In this document: positions 11,441-24,372 of the stretch, in pieces
Position numbering within the stretch: the first letter of the stretch is position 1
Layout: each line of letters begins with the position of its first letter
Assembly (NCBI RefSeq): GCF_004010195.1
Contig: NC_057718.1
Coordinates: 54,436,972-54,467,479, forward strand
DNA length: 30,508 bases
Source: Chiloscyllium plagiosum
Lineage: Eukaryota
Direction of reading: 5' to 3'
Translations under genes and position numbers: made by a program
The notes under the pieces: model-generated
What the model saw: the letters and a program-made list of their open reading frames with translations, nothing else
Database searches by the model: none
What the model was told of the DNA's origin: nothing

Positions 11441-12024
11441 CCAAAACAAATTCTCTCTTCAAGTTACAAGGAACATGTTCATCTTGATCTTAGGTTCAAG
11501 CACTAACTCACAGCATTTAAAATGACTGGATGAGAAAATATTATTTAATTAACCAAATGGACTGTTTCAGAATTAATGGGTAATTCCTAACAATGATCCA
11601 TGTCCCTTTATCAAACAGCTAAGCTGACTCCTGCTAACCTGTTCCAAAAAAAAGACAAATGACAGAAAGAAAGTTTGTTTGATTGGAATAATATCAAGAG
11701 TTCCAACAGGAACACTGACTAGGCGAGTTAATACTAACTTGATCCATTGTACAGCAATAAAAGACAAAATATTACTTCCCCAGGCCTTATTTAGAGCTGG
11801 TGTCACTGAACCACCACCTAGTTAAACAGGGTTTGTCAACAGCATTTTGTTGCCTGGATGGAGAAATGCTTCCTCTCTTTCAAATAAAGCAATTTTGTAG
11901 GATAGCCTCAGATTTATTAGATCTCTGAAACTGGTCTCAATGAGTGTCAAATTAGACCAAGGGTGGATTTTATAACAATAGGCATTAGTTTCTGGTAAAA
12001 TGTAGAACAGGTATTTGGCTATAG

Positions 12025-12232
12025 TTAGAGTCATAGAGATGTACAGCATGGAAACAGATCCTTTGGTCCAATTTGTCCATGCCGATCTTATATCCCAACT
12101 TAGTAGTACCATGTGCCAGCACTTGGTCCATATCCCTGTAAACCCTTCCTATTCATATACCCATCCAAATGTCTTTTAAAATGTTGCAGTGTTTGCAGTC
12201 TGATCTCCAGCATCTACATTCCTCACTTTCTC
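12025..12232 (-). mobile_element. CR1 3' tail (12025-12190) abutting a 40-bp fragment of the Penelope-derived short repeat (~12195-12232)
   Basis: agagtcatagagatgtacagc... matches 25168 onward. tctgatctccagcatct...cctcactttctc matches 22655-22688. Confidence 0.75.
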
Positions 12233-13089
12233 ATAGGTTCAAATATCCGCCTTCAATGAACAAGATCTGTGACTATGATCTGCTGCTGTCACAGAAGCAA
12301 GCAAGCCAAAACACTTCCTACTTTCAAACATTTATTTAAAGAAACATAATCAAACATCTTTTAAATGCAGACAAACTTGGTAAATTAGAAATCCCAATGC
12401 AAACTTCATCAAGAACTCTGGCCTTTGCAGCACTCATTCCACACTCAAGTGCCATAAATATTTTTTAGAATTTAAAGCATGTTTGCAAAAAATAATCCTA
12501 ACCAAAGACTAGTTTATATTTATGTCATTAATTGCTTACAATTGCTGAAGTCTATGAAGCTCCAGAAATGTAGATACGTAGAAAGTGGAAGGAGCTATAT
12601 TATGTGCAGATGTCCCTCCTTAACTGTTACAGTACACTTAATTTGTAAGCAATACTAATTTTCCCAATCATTTTGTGTCTCAGATAAACCTGTCTGCTCC
12701 AGCCTGCTGTTTCAAGCTATTTCCATGATTCAGACCAAACAGGTACTTGGTGGGACCAAGGTCTTGTTTGAAGCAGATATTTGTTAAAATCTGCTTTGTA
12801 CCAGTCCTAAAATACATATTTTAATCTGTTCAGGCTAGTTAGCAGCATTTGGAATCATTCCTTAGTATTCTTGGGATCTGAGAACTAGTCTTCTTCATTT
12901 GTTCTTCAAGCGAGTCAGGCATGATGGATACCATATTTGGTATTCTGGATAACAGTTTCTTGAATGGATATTTACATCTTCATTTTTGCATTCTTCGAAT
13001 ATTTTAAAACTACATACATTACTTTTCTCTTTGGAAAAATCAAACAGAAGACTAAAGACCAAATAAACTGTGGACTTAGATTCTTCAAT

Positions 13090-13800
13090 GTCATAGAAAC
13101 ATAGTCATAGAGTCATGCAGCATGGAAACAGACCCTTTTCCTATTCATGAACTTACCAAATGTCTTTTAGATGTTGTAACTATACCCACATTCACCACAT
13201 TCTCTGGCAGTTCATTCCACACACGAACCAATCTGTAAAAAACATTGTCCCTCATGTCCTTTTTAAATCTTTCTCCTCTCACCTTAAAAATATGCCCTCA
13301 AGTTTGAACTTAGCCATATTAGAGAAAAGACTTTTATCATCTACCTTATCTATGCTCCTCCTGATTTTATACACCTCAATAAGGTCACCCCTCAACCTGC
13401 AGTGAAAAAAGTCCCAGTCTTTCCAGTCTACTTCTTTATCTCAAACCCTTCATTTGTGACAACATCCTTGTTAATCTCTTCCGAACACTCTCCAGTTTAA
13501 TAATCTCCTTCCTAGAACAGGATGATCAGAACTACTCCAAAAGAGGCTTCACCAATGTCCAGTATAACCTCAACATGATGCTCCAACTCCTATACTCAGA
13601 GGTCTCAGTAATTAAGCCAAGCATGCTAAAGGCCTTCTTAACCACCCTGTCTACCTGCCATGTAAATTTCAAGAAATTTTGTACCTGAAGCCCCAAGAAG
13701 TCTCTGTTCTACAACACTACCAGTGTGCTACAATTAACTGTATAAGTCCTATCCTTGTTTGTATTACCAAAATACAATACCTCACATTTATCCAAATTAA
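13090..13800 (-). mobile_element. CR1 LINE 3' fragment
   Basis: Collinear with 25165-25965, including the tail repeat catagagtcat. Confidence 0.85.
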
Positions 13801-14064
13801 CAGAAATAAATGTCTTTTTGGTGTTTAAGTATGTTAATTTTCAAGCAATTTTGATGAGTTAACAACTGCATTAAAAAAAAGATAAACATTTAACAGATTA
13901 GCTTGTTGTAAAAAAAGTACACAAAATAAACCAAATGACTGGGCCTTGAACCAAAAGGAAGATAGGATGAGCCTTCACAATAAGATTCTTAAAATAAACC
14001 CTATCAACAGACATCAACATTTTCTTTAAATGCTGGAGACTTAAAAAGAGAACCTTATCTGCCC

Positions 14065-14155
14065 AGTTCTTAAGGGTCACTGGACCTAAAAGGTTAACAT
14101 GTTTCTCTCCACAGATGCTGCCAGACTTACTGAGTTTTACCAGCAATTTGCTTTC
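14065..14155 (+). repeat. Short Penelope-derived repeat with an inactivated hammerhead motif
   Basis: Reverse-complement homolog of 805-907. Stem II GGGTC-ACT-GGACCT is retained while the core boxes are mutated. Confidence 0.6.
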
Positions 14156-15542
14156 GTGACTTTATTTGGACTCTCTGGTACACCGAGTTAGAGATATTGT
14201 TTGCAAATAAAAATGTTGAGGCTTTTCTTTATATAAGTTGCACAACGTACAGGCTCCTTCAATGTATTCCAGATACATTCTGCTATATTCCAGATACCTA
14301 GCACTTGAATCTTCTCATGACAAAGACTCATGAAAAATACAAACAAAATTTTTTAAATAAAACGGTGTCTGGAATAGATAGAGAAGAGTGAGAAATTGAT
14401 TAGAAGCCAAAAATGCCAGAACCCTGTTCCAAAAGTCGGAGGCTGGCTATTCCACCTGAAAGCAAGGGGAAGATGGACACTTTGCTTACTCCATTTGAGG
14501 CTCAACATCAATATGGAGGAGGAGTATAAGAATTACCAACCAACATCGTTGCTGACTGAGGAAACCTGGATGATACAAAATAGCTACAAAGTCACTTGAG
14601 GAACTTAAGTACACCCCACAAGGGTGTTTGGTTGATCTGAAACACCAAAGACAATGATAGACAAACACTTTAAAATTATTCCACTTATGAATTTTTCCAG
14701 AATTTTTAGATCTTAACCAGGTTTTCCTGAGTGGCTATACTGAAACCACATTTTACAGCCTACCTTCCAATGTGGATCCAAGATGTATCCATATTAGTAT
14801 GAAAATTTTCTTTCATTGAAATAATCTAACATTGGATTCTTTCACACTTCAGAGGCGTAGCATATTTGAAATCAAGCCCCACTATTCTGAGTTGTCACAG
14901 AAATTAAATATTTTTAAAAGTATGCAAAAGTTCTAAAGGACATTCTTTTAGGCTCAGGTTGCCTGAAAGAATGGGCCTGTTTCATTACCTAACAGTAAAC
15001 AGACAAAATAAATAGATCCTAGATACAGATAAGTAATTATGAACCATCGACATATAACTGTGCTAATTAAAACTCCATTTCTTATAAACTATCACTCTAC
15101 ACAATGACAAACACAACAGACGCAAAAAGAAAATGGATGTTATGGGTGGAGGGAAAAGACTGGGAAGTGGTTGTGGTCTACACGGTTGCTGAGCCGATCC
15201 TTTTGCTAATCAAACCATTGCTCCTTAATTTTCCTTTTTCAGGTACTTGCTCAAAGGAGGCACAATAATAAAAGTCTCTAACTTATTAAAGTCAAAATTA
15301 CAGCAAGTGACAAGGGGAAACAAACTGGCTGTATTCAGACTTTAGTGTTTTTTAAAATGAGAGCAGAAACACAGATCCTTCCTTTCCGAAGATCTGATTG
15401 CTTCTGACCTGAGCATTCATGCACCCAAGCTGTTTGTCTTTAGGAGCCAATTTCAGAGTTTTTGGCAGGGAGTAAACCTTCGTTGTTGTTAGATAGTCAT
15501 TAATTCACAGATCAATTACTTACTTGTTCCTGGACATACCTC

Positions 15543-15765
15543 AATGGTCGGTTCTACTGTAACGCAATAATTCCATTCTCATGCAATCCCGTGGTATAAG
15601 AAAATCACAAAATAGCAGCACCATTTAAACTAATGGGGCCAGAATCGCATTTTAACCAATACATGCTTTAAAAGTTTGTGCTTTAGAAACAGAGTCCCCA
15701 ACTCGTCAATCATGTTATAGCAAAGTTGCATTAACGAAACGTGCATTATAGCAAAACAACCTGTA
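15543..15765. mobile_element. MITE-like non-autonomous DNA transposon (Tc1/mariner-Tigger type)
   Basis: Imperfect terminal inverted repeats ggtcggttctactgtaacgca (15546-15566) and tgcattatagcaaaacaacctg (15742-15763), the latter followed by TA. Confidence 0.6.
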
Positions 15766-16766
15766 TCTGAAAACACCCTTTCGCTCTAATTTGCCTGCAA
15801 CCTGACTTTCCCCACTCTATGCACTAACAGCTAATCAAACAGCACCTACAATAATTGTCAGGTAATTTGCTTTTAAAAAGTGTGGCAATCCTTGACTTTT
15901 AGATCAGCCCTTCTCCATTTCAGTCCACAATCAAAAATATCAAAAAAAAGATACAGTCTTTATAACACTGCATAAAGTCATGGTCAAATCTCAGCCTGGA
16001 TTATAAACCTGCTCTGACACTGTTAAGAGGACTGTCTGATGAGAGTGAGCAATTTATACACCTGGATTTTCCTTTTACACACATTGCACTGACAATCTCA
16101 GAAATATCAAACTGCAGATTTGAGTTTTGATTCTTAATTGCATATTTTCCTTCTGTTATTTTCTTCTCATTGTTTTTATGCAATGTAACTGACACCAAAA
16201 ATTACCCAAAATAAGGAAATGTAACAGGTAAACCATTACTGAGACATGTATTTCAGGGTTATAACAGAAAAAGTGAGTTTTTAAATTAAGTTACCCATTC
16301 CAATGAAACAAGAGTAAAGATCAGATATTGGATTGTGAATGATGCTTAAATTTATATAAACAAAAATCTAACTATAACATGAGAAATATACTTTGTTACT
16401 GACCTGCAAAGTTACACTTCTGCTTGATCTAATGTTACCATGCATACTAAATGGTTAATACCATAATCTTAAGTTGACCACTACAAATCAACCAGACACT
16501 CCTGTATATATAGGTTTTAATCAATGCCTTTGGAATACCAGCCTCTTGTCTACAGTTAGCCTTGGCTATGTTATCCTTTACCAAATGAAGCTTATAAATA
16601 ATATAACATTATATTTAACTAAGAGCTTGAGGATACAAACAAGTGATCCTGAATGATAATATGTTGACTTGCACATCTATTTTCTGTATTATTTTAACAT
16701 TAAAGAAGTAATTTACTGTTTATTTTAAAATTAACAAGCAGATGCATCTCTGAATGTGTTACTTAC

Positions 16767-17018
16767 CACGCTTCACTAAGCAAATCAACAGGATTCAATC
16801 CAGCTAGTAATAGGTGAGGCAACCACTGCTTGTACTGATGTCCTGATAATAATCCATATTTTACAATATCAGCCAAATGAGTGCCTGATGGTAATGTATA
16901 ACCGTGTGCCAGAAGAAACTGCAGCAGATGGAAGCACTGATATTGCAGGCAATAACAATAATGAAGACCTGTTACAACAGCTCCAGCTTTAAGAAGGATG
17001 TAAACAAGTGCAAAAAAC
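16767..17018 (-). CDS. asb3: Internal coding exon of ankyrin repeat and SOCS box protein 3
   Basis: Acceptor tttattttattctctag|G and donor TG|gtaagt, 252 bp. Encodes FFALVYILLKAGAVVTGLHYCYCLQYQCFHLLQFLLAHGY...QYKQWLPHLLLAGLNPVDLLSEAW, matching the recalled ASB3 segment ILLKYGA...LHLAYCLKYE...[23 protein letters not shown]. Confidence 0.94.
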
Positions 17019-17599
17019 CTAGAGAATAAAATAAATGGAAAAATTAATCTAGCTTCTTGAATCATATGAACAACATTTTTTTTTCCCAGGACTCCAACTA
17101 TCTTCATAATTTGTCAGTTAAGCTATTCCCCAAGATTGGTTAACAATGAATAAATAAATCTACATGCAGTTAATCATTCTACATATGCACATCAAGCTGA
17201 GAAAAGTCACAACTGGCCTGTTTTGCCAGATGCTATGATAAAGCCAATGGCATCTGTCTCAAACATATGTCGAAGAAAGCAAATTTTAATTTTGGCTCTG
17301 TAACAATAAAGAGAAAACCCTGCAGTGTAAATTGTTCAATAGCATTATCAATATATCAAAAATATTAACTTTGACAACACAGACCTTTAACTTAAATGAA
17401 GAACATATTACAACAGACTGCTAATTAATCAATGAAAAATAAGATAATTGAAAGGTGTATTTCCCTCATAATAAGTGTTAAATGCTGATATTACTAATTT
17501 GGAAATAAATGTTCTGTTTCCTTTGAATAAATACCTTAAAGAAAAAAAGTGGTCAAGAGAGTAACCAGGAATCACAAGGCAAAGTGGTATATTGTACAA

Positions 17600-18540
17600 A
17601 ACTTTTCTGAGGCAGGAAGCAAAGGTTGATAGTAGAAGGGTGTTTCTGTGACTGGAAGTCTGTTTCCTGTTGGGTTCTACAGGACTCAGAGCTGTGGCAC
17701 TTGCTTGGAGTTGAATATCGGAGGTACGGTCAAGAAATTTGCAGATGACACGAAAAGTGACAGAGTGGTAAACAGTGAGGAGGATAGCCATAAAGTGCAG
17801 TAAGGCATCAATGGACTGGTCAGCTCGGCACAGCATTGGCAAACAGAAGTCAAGCTGGAAAGGTGCAAGATAATGCACTTGGAGAGGGCAAACAAGGCAA
17901 TAGATTATAGTACAAACGGTAGAATCCTGAAGAGGACTGAACATCAGAGGAGGCTTGGCATGCAAGTCCCTGAAGGTTGTAAGCCAGTTAGATAAGGTGG
18001 TTGAAGACACGTATGGGATACTTTCCTTTTATTAGATGAGGCTACAAGAGCTCAACGGTTATGCTTAAACTGTACAAAGTGATGGTTAGGCCACAACTGG
18101 AGTACTATGTGCAGTTCTGGGTCTCTGAGTATAGGATTGCATTGGAGGGGACGCAAGGATTTACCAGGATGCTACTTGGGCTGGAGCATCTGAACTATAA
18201 GGAAAGACTTGACATGTTGAAGTTGTTTTCCTTGAGCAATGATATTTGAGAGGGGAGATGATAAATGTTGAGAGACGTAGATACTCTAGGATAAGAAGGA
18301 ACTTTTTTCCCCATTTGTAGAAGGGTCAATAAGTAAGATTCAAAGTTAGAGGGAGAAGGTTAAGACTCAGGTTGAGGACAGAGAGAGCACGAGAGAGGAT
18401 CTGAGCAATATTTAGATATACATTAGCATTGCTATAGTTCCAGGGATATTTGCAAAAAGTGAGAGACAGGGATTAACGTAGTAATTTCTTTATTGACCAG
18501 TATGGACAAGATGGGCTGAATCATCTCTTCTGTGTTGCAA
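17600..18540 (+). mobile_element. Decayed CR1 LINE 3' fragment (RT plus tail)
   Basis: KFADDTK at ~17736-17756, MLKLYKVMVRPQLEYYVQFW, and tail gatgggctgaat. Confidence 0.85.
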
Positions 18541-18549
18541 ACAGCTAAA

Positions 18550-20380
18550 AGTCCCACTTATACTCTTTGCTTCCTGTCTGTTAAACTATCCTTTATAAAT
18601 GCAAGTATATCGCCACCAACCCCAAGAGCCCTTTCCTTGTGTATTAATCTTTTGTAGGGCAACTTATACCTCAGATTACAATAGGATCTTGATCAGCTGG
18701 GCCAATGGCAGATGGAGTTTAATTTAGATAAATTCCAGGTGCTGCATTTTAGGAAAGCAAATCTTCGCAGGACTTATACACTTAATGATAAGGTCCTAGG
18801 GAATGTTGCTGAACAAAGAGACCTTGAAGTGAAGGTTCATAGCTCCTTGAAAGTAGAGTTGCAAGTAGATAGGATAGTGAAGGCGGCGTTTGGTATGCTT
18901 CCCTTTATTGGTCAGAGTATCAAGTATAGGAGTTGGGAGGTCATGTTGAGGCTATGCAGGACAGTGGTTAGGCCATTTTTAGAATATAGCATCCAATTCC
19001 GGTTTCCTTCTGATCGGATGCATGTTGCAAAACTTGAAAGAGTTCAGACAAGATTTCCGAGGACGTTGCCAACGATGAAGGATTTGAGCTATAGGGAGAG
19101 GTTGAATAAGCTGGGGCTGTTTTCCCTGGAGCGTCAAAGGCTGAGGGGTGACCTTATGGAGGTTTATAAAATCATGAGGAGCATGTATAGGATAAATAGA
19201 CAAGGTCTTTTCCCTGGAGTGGGGGAATCCAGAACTAGAGGGCATAGGTTTAGAGGGAGAGGAGAAAGATGTTAAAGGGACCTAAAGGACAACTTTTTCA
19301 CACAGAGGGTGGTGTGTGTGTGGGGAATGGGATGCCAGAGGAAGTGGTAGATGCTAGTACAATTGCAATATTTAAGAGGTATCTGGATGGCTATATGAAT
19401 AGGAAGGGTTCGGAGGGATATGGGCTAGGTTCTGACAGGTGGGACTAGTTTAGGTTGGGATGTCTGGTAGGCATGAAGGAGTTGAACCAAAAGTCTGTTT
19501 CCGTGCTGTATGACTATGACTCTATATGTTTCTTGGGCTCAGAGTGCATTAAATCTCTGGTGCCCCTTTATTTACGCACTGGTTACATCCTCAAGAAACC
19601 ACAATAAATTTGTCAAATGGGATTTCCCTTTTGTTAAAACCATACTGATTTTGCATAATAGTACAATATTCTAAGTACACTGTTAAAACTGCCTTAATAA
19701 TAGTGTTCAGTCTGTTTCAGGTGACGGATATCAAACTAACTGGCCTTCAGGTCCCAGTTTTGACTATCTTTCTACACTTGAATACCAGTATTGAGTTTGC
19801 TAACTTACAATCCACTGAGGTAATTCCAAACGTAGGGAATTTTGGAAAATCATAGTCAGCACTTCTACTGTCATTGCAGCTCACCCAAGGATGTAAACCA
19901 TCATGTTCTGGGGGATCGGTCAGATTTTAGTCCGTCTGGTTTCTTCAGCACTTGTTCTCTGCTCAAATACCTTAATTTCTTTATTCAGCTCAGATTGAAA
20001 TTTTTTAACTACTCTTTCTTATATACTTACACAGGACTTAAAAGTTGTTTTAATATTTTTGGTACATTTGTGCTTATCGTACTGTTTCCCTTTTTATGAA
20101 AATTGTGATGGTCTTCTGCTGGGTTTCTAAATGCTCCTCAAACTGATTACTGTCCTTTACAACATTAGACATGTCATCTTTAAACCTAATACTATCCTGC
20201 ACTTACCTAGATTGGCACAAATAGGTCCCTTGCTAAGTTTTACGGTTCTTAATAAATGCATTTTTTGTTGAACAGTTTGAATTGTTTCTTTAAATATTTT
20301 TCATGGTTTATTTGCAGATGACCTTTAATCAATAAACTGTAACAGTCCTCCCTTCAAACCTTCGTAACCGGTTTTAGGAC
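18550..20380 (-). mobile_element. Old CR1 ORF2 fragment on the minus strand, interrupted by the plus-strand CR1 at 18668-19525
   Basis: Pieces 18550-18667 and 19530-20380 are collinear with the RT N-terminal region of the 25161-28580 copy (QYGFNKREIPFDKF / RPVSL-like remnants). Confidence 0.6.
18668..19525 (+). mobile_element. 5'-truncated CR1 LINE 3' fragment
   Basis: ORF 18712-19275 (MEFNLDKFQVLHF...RLRGDLMEVYKIM...TRGHRF) and tail ctgtatgactatgactctat. Same subfamily as 25161-26020. Confidence 0.92.
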
Positions 20381-20844
20381 CCGCTTTAACACACAGTTAA
20401 TGGGTACATACAAACTAATAAAGATGAAGCTGAAGACAAGATAATATAGTATAAGAACAGCTAGTTCCAAACAGCAGTTTAAATTACAAATATACTAAAA
20501 TGATGGCTGAACCAATTTGATGAAACGCTTCCCACCCTCCCAACTGCAATACTGCTTTCCTGGGAAAAGCAAAAGAAAAGTAAAAACATGGGGATAGAAC
20601 TGAAATCAAGAATTGCCACAAAACATTTTATACAAGTTAAATAAATATATTGGGAGAATGTAAAGGAACAAACAATTATGTACATAGATTAGACGAAGTA
20701 GAGTGGAAGGAAGCACACTGCTAAATTGGATCCAAGCTTGAAGGTGAAGCAGCTACAAGTCACAAACTTTTCTTTGAAGAGTGCTTACTAACTCTCTCAC
20801 TCTCAAGTCACAGCTATCTCAACCTTATGAAATGATTTTTAAAA

Positions 20845-21090
20845 TCAGCCTGTTCAGACATGTGACATACCAGTGTAGCAGGTGGAACTTGAAGCCAGAC
20901 CTTCTAGCCCAAGGTGAGGCTTCTGTCACTATGCCACAAGAACACCCCCACCCCTTTCCCATCACCTATTTTCCTTTCAATCATTTTTTCCCTAATCACC
21001 CTGTTCAGAGACACATCCAGAGCAGGTGAGACTTGAACCCCGACTTCCTATTCCAGAGGAACACTATTACTGCCTGACAAATGTCCTGCC
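20845..21090 (-). repeat. Two tandem decayed tRNA-derived SINE heads
   Basis: Repeated unit cctgttcaga...gcaggtg(g/a)(a/g)acttgaa(g/c)cc at ~20849-20945 and ~21000-21088. The reverse complement contains a B-box-like (G/C)TTCAAGT. Confidence 0.55.
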
Positions 21091-22237
21091 TTTTAGCCAC
21101 AATAACTTGATATTAACACCCATCACCTGTTTACTTAATTGAGTTGACATGGGCACTCTCATGGGGCATAAACACTGGTATCAACCAGTTGGGCTGAATG
21201 GTTTGAATCTGTACTATACAGTACAATCTATATAATTCTATGCATTTTTTGGCTTCATCATTCCATTAATTAGTTGATAACAATTTGTATTATTAATTAC
21301 AATAAAAACAAGACGTTCTTCCATTGTCACCTCTCCTCAATACTTGAATCAATTTTCATTTTAGATGACAGTATTCATTCTTTAATAACAGCACGTGTTG
21401 CAATTTTTGCTTGTGAATGGGCACATTTTAAAAATCCAGATTCTTGATGTCTAAACTTCAACAAAAGAATAGAAGACAAAATCAGCAAAATAGAGAGGCC
21501 AAATTACTAATTTAAATTTTAAATTATGACTTCAAATGCTATTTGACAGTATAGTTCACTTTCCCATCTAATTTCCTTTCAGTTTTGCAGATGTATCATT
21601 TTCAACCTGTAGAGTTAATTCCTGGTAATTCTTCCTTATTCTTTCCATTTTAAAAAAACTTAAATTTCAAACCTTGTGCTCTTATTTCAAAAGGCTTCTT
21701 TGAACACAAACAAACTTACTCCTCTTACTGTTAGACAGTGAACTATAATGTAAATTTGACACCAACACAAAAGAAACTTATGTTAGTGGAGCTTTAAAAA
21801 GGCACAGCTGCATGTAATTAGATCATTAAACGAAGGTACTTAAGTCTTTCAATATATTCTCATTTTCTTAAAATGCATTGCAAAGTAATGAAATCAGCAC
21901 TTTAACCAAATCTCTCCAATCAAATAAACTGTTCTTCTGCAAAACATTCCACATTCTCTGATAACTTATATTCAAGGAACAATACAGTGGGACAATGCAA
22001 TTCATTATCAAAACTATTGTAACCTCAAAAGACATTATTTTTCAGTTATACAAAGTTACATTTTGATTTTGAAATAAACACTTTTTCCCTGATGTTTGGT
22101 GATGCACTACAAATCACTCGTAGACCACATTGCTATGGCATTGTGCACTTTTACATGTATTGGTTTGGTGCTATGGTTGAGAGGATGGATGCTCAAACTT
22201 TGTTTCCAAAACAAAGATGACAAGGAGTCTCTCATAT

Positions 22238-23635
22238 CGAGTCACGGAGATGTACAGTACGGAAACAGACGCTTTCTTCCAACTCGTCCATGCCAACCAG
22301 ATATCATAAACTAATCTAGCCCCATTTGCCAGCGCCTTACCCATATCCCTCTAAACCCTTCCTATTCATATACCTATCCAGACGGCTTACAAATGTTGTA
22401 ATTGTACCAGCCTCCACTACTTCATCTGGCAGCTCATTCTGTACACACACCACTATCTGCGTGAAAAAGCTGCCCCTTAGATCCCTTTTAAATCTTTCTC
22501 CTCTCAGCTTAAACTTATGCTCTCCAGTTCTGGACTCCCCTACCCAAAGGAAAAAACCCTACATTCATGAAGGGCTTGTGCCAGAAACGTTGAATCTCCT
22601 GCTCCTCAGATGCTGCCTGATCTGCTGCGCTTTTTCAGTGCCACACTTTTCGATTCTGATCTCCAGCATCTGCAGTCCTCACTTTCTCCAAGGGAAAGAT
22701 CGTGTTTATTTACCCTAGGCATGCCCTTCATAATTTTATAAACCAGTATACAGTCACCCCTCAGCCTCCAACACTCCGGGGAAAACAGCCCCAACCTTTT
22801 CAGCCTTTCCCTCTAGCTCAAATCCTCCAACCCTGGCAACATACTTGTAAATCTTTTCTGAACCCTTTCAAGTTTCACAACATCCTTCCCATTGCAGGGA
22901 GACCAGAATTGCATACAATATTCCAAAAGTGGCCTAACTAATGTCCTGTACAGCTGCAACATGACCTCCCAACACCTATACTATGACCAATAAAGGAAAG
23001 TATATGAAAGTATCTTATCTACTGCGACTCCACTTTCAAGGAACTACGAACCTGCACTCCAAGATCTCTTTGTTTAGCAATACACCCCACTTTACCATTA
23101 AGTATTTAAGTCCTGCCCTGATTTGCCTTTCCAAAATGTAGCACCTCACATTAAACTCCATCTGCTACTCCTCGCCCCATTGACCCATCTGATCAAGGTC
23201 CCATTGTATTCTTGAAGTAATCTTCGCTGTCCACTACATTTCCAGTTTTGGGGTCATCTGCAAACTTACTAACTCTACTTCCTATGTTCACATCCAAGTC
23301 ATTTACATAAATAACTAAAAGCAGTGGACCCAACACTGATCCTTGTGGCACACTGCTGGTCACAGTCTGAAAAGCAACCCTCCATCACCACTCTCTCTCT
23401 TCTACCTTCAATCCAGTTCTGTATCTAAAAAACTAGTTCTCGCTCTATTCCATGTGATCTAATCTTGCTAACTAGTCTACCATGAGGAAACTTGTCGAAT
23501 GCCTTCCTGACGTCCATATGAATCAAATCCAACACTCTGCCTTCATCAATCCTCTTCATTACTTCTTCAGAAAACTCAATCAGATTAGTGAGACATGATT
23601 TGACACGCACAATGTCATGTTGACTATCTCTCCCA
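22238..23635 (-). mobile_element. CR1 LINE 3' ~1.3 kb (RT plus tail)
   Basis: KSCLTNLIEFSEEV...HMDVRKAFDKFPHGRLVSKIRSHGI. Collinear with 25170-26440. Confidence 0.92.
22560..22689 (+). repeat. Penelope-derived short repeat with a damaged hammerhead motif, nested in CR1
   Basis: ATTC-(CTG missing)ATGA-AGGGC TTGT GCCA-GAAA-CG-T-T-GAAT at 22563-22595. Body matches 4890-5077. An imperfect ccaa(a/g)ggaaa duplication flanks it. Confidence 0.75.
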
Positions 23636-24231
23636 TCTCCTGTGGTTCTACACATAGACTGCCTTGCTGATCTTTGATGTTGAATGACTACGAATGCCAA
23701 TCTGAACATTGACAATCAATCTGCATGACCACATTGTGAAAGGACATTCCTTAGTCATCAAGCCTTCAGTGGATTTCAAACCTGAAATTCCTGAATCACC
23801 AAGGCAGAAATTCTACTCACTGCAGCATACAACTTCCTCTCCCTTTGTTTATTGCAATAAAACAGATATTTTCCAATATTTTGACCATATTTCCATGGGA
23901 ATGATTTTGATGTTATTAACATTAATAATGCTACCTCAATTAAATATAACTTGTTAGGGATTATGTTTGCCACAGTTGCCTTCATTGGAAAGAACGTACA
24001 TAAGTTGAATAACACAAATGTTCTGAGTGAAATTTCATTACATACTTACAAATGGATCAGAATTCTAGAACTGTCTCAAAGGATGTTTGCCCTGGGTACT
24101 AGGTGTGAGAAATTTACTACTATCAGCATTTAAGCATAGGCAAGATAATAATTAATGATAATGATCAGACTATTAAAAGAACCAGAGTAGAACAAGAAAA
24201 GTTCAAAAGAGAACAGGTAATGCATTTAAAA

Positions 24232-24372
24232 CATTTTGTCATTCATTTGTGGGACATGAATGTAGTTGGCTGACCAGCATTTATTGCCTGTCCAGAGTCG
24301 CCCTTGAGCAGCTGCTTTCTTGAACCCTCATTCCACCTCCTGTGGGTTGACCCAGAATGCCATTAGGGAGGC
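24232..24372 (-). repeat. Fragment of a common shark interspersed repeat (LINE/SINE 3' end), family unassigned
   Basis: cattcatttgtgggacatg...ccagcatttattgcc...gcccttgag motif, recognised from memory as a retroposon tail. Confidence 0.4.

Larger units (their letters stand above)
147..16766 (-). other. asb3: GT-AG intron of asb3 (~16.6 kb), phase 2
   Basis: Donor gtaagt at 16766-16761 and acceptor ttctacag ending at 147. The split Trp codon TG|G is restored on splicing. Confidence 0.88.

Noticed and set aside
16763..17107. 114-aa ORF as a single-exon gene
   Set aside because: Only 16767-17018 is exonic. The N-terminal 30 residues are translated intron and the stop lies within the donor site.
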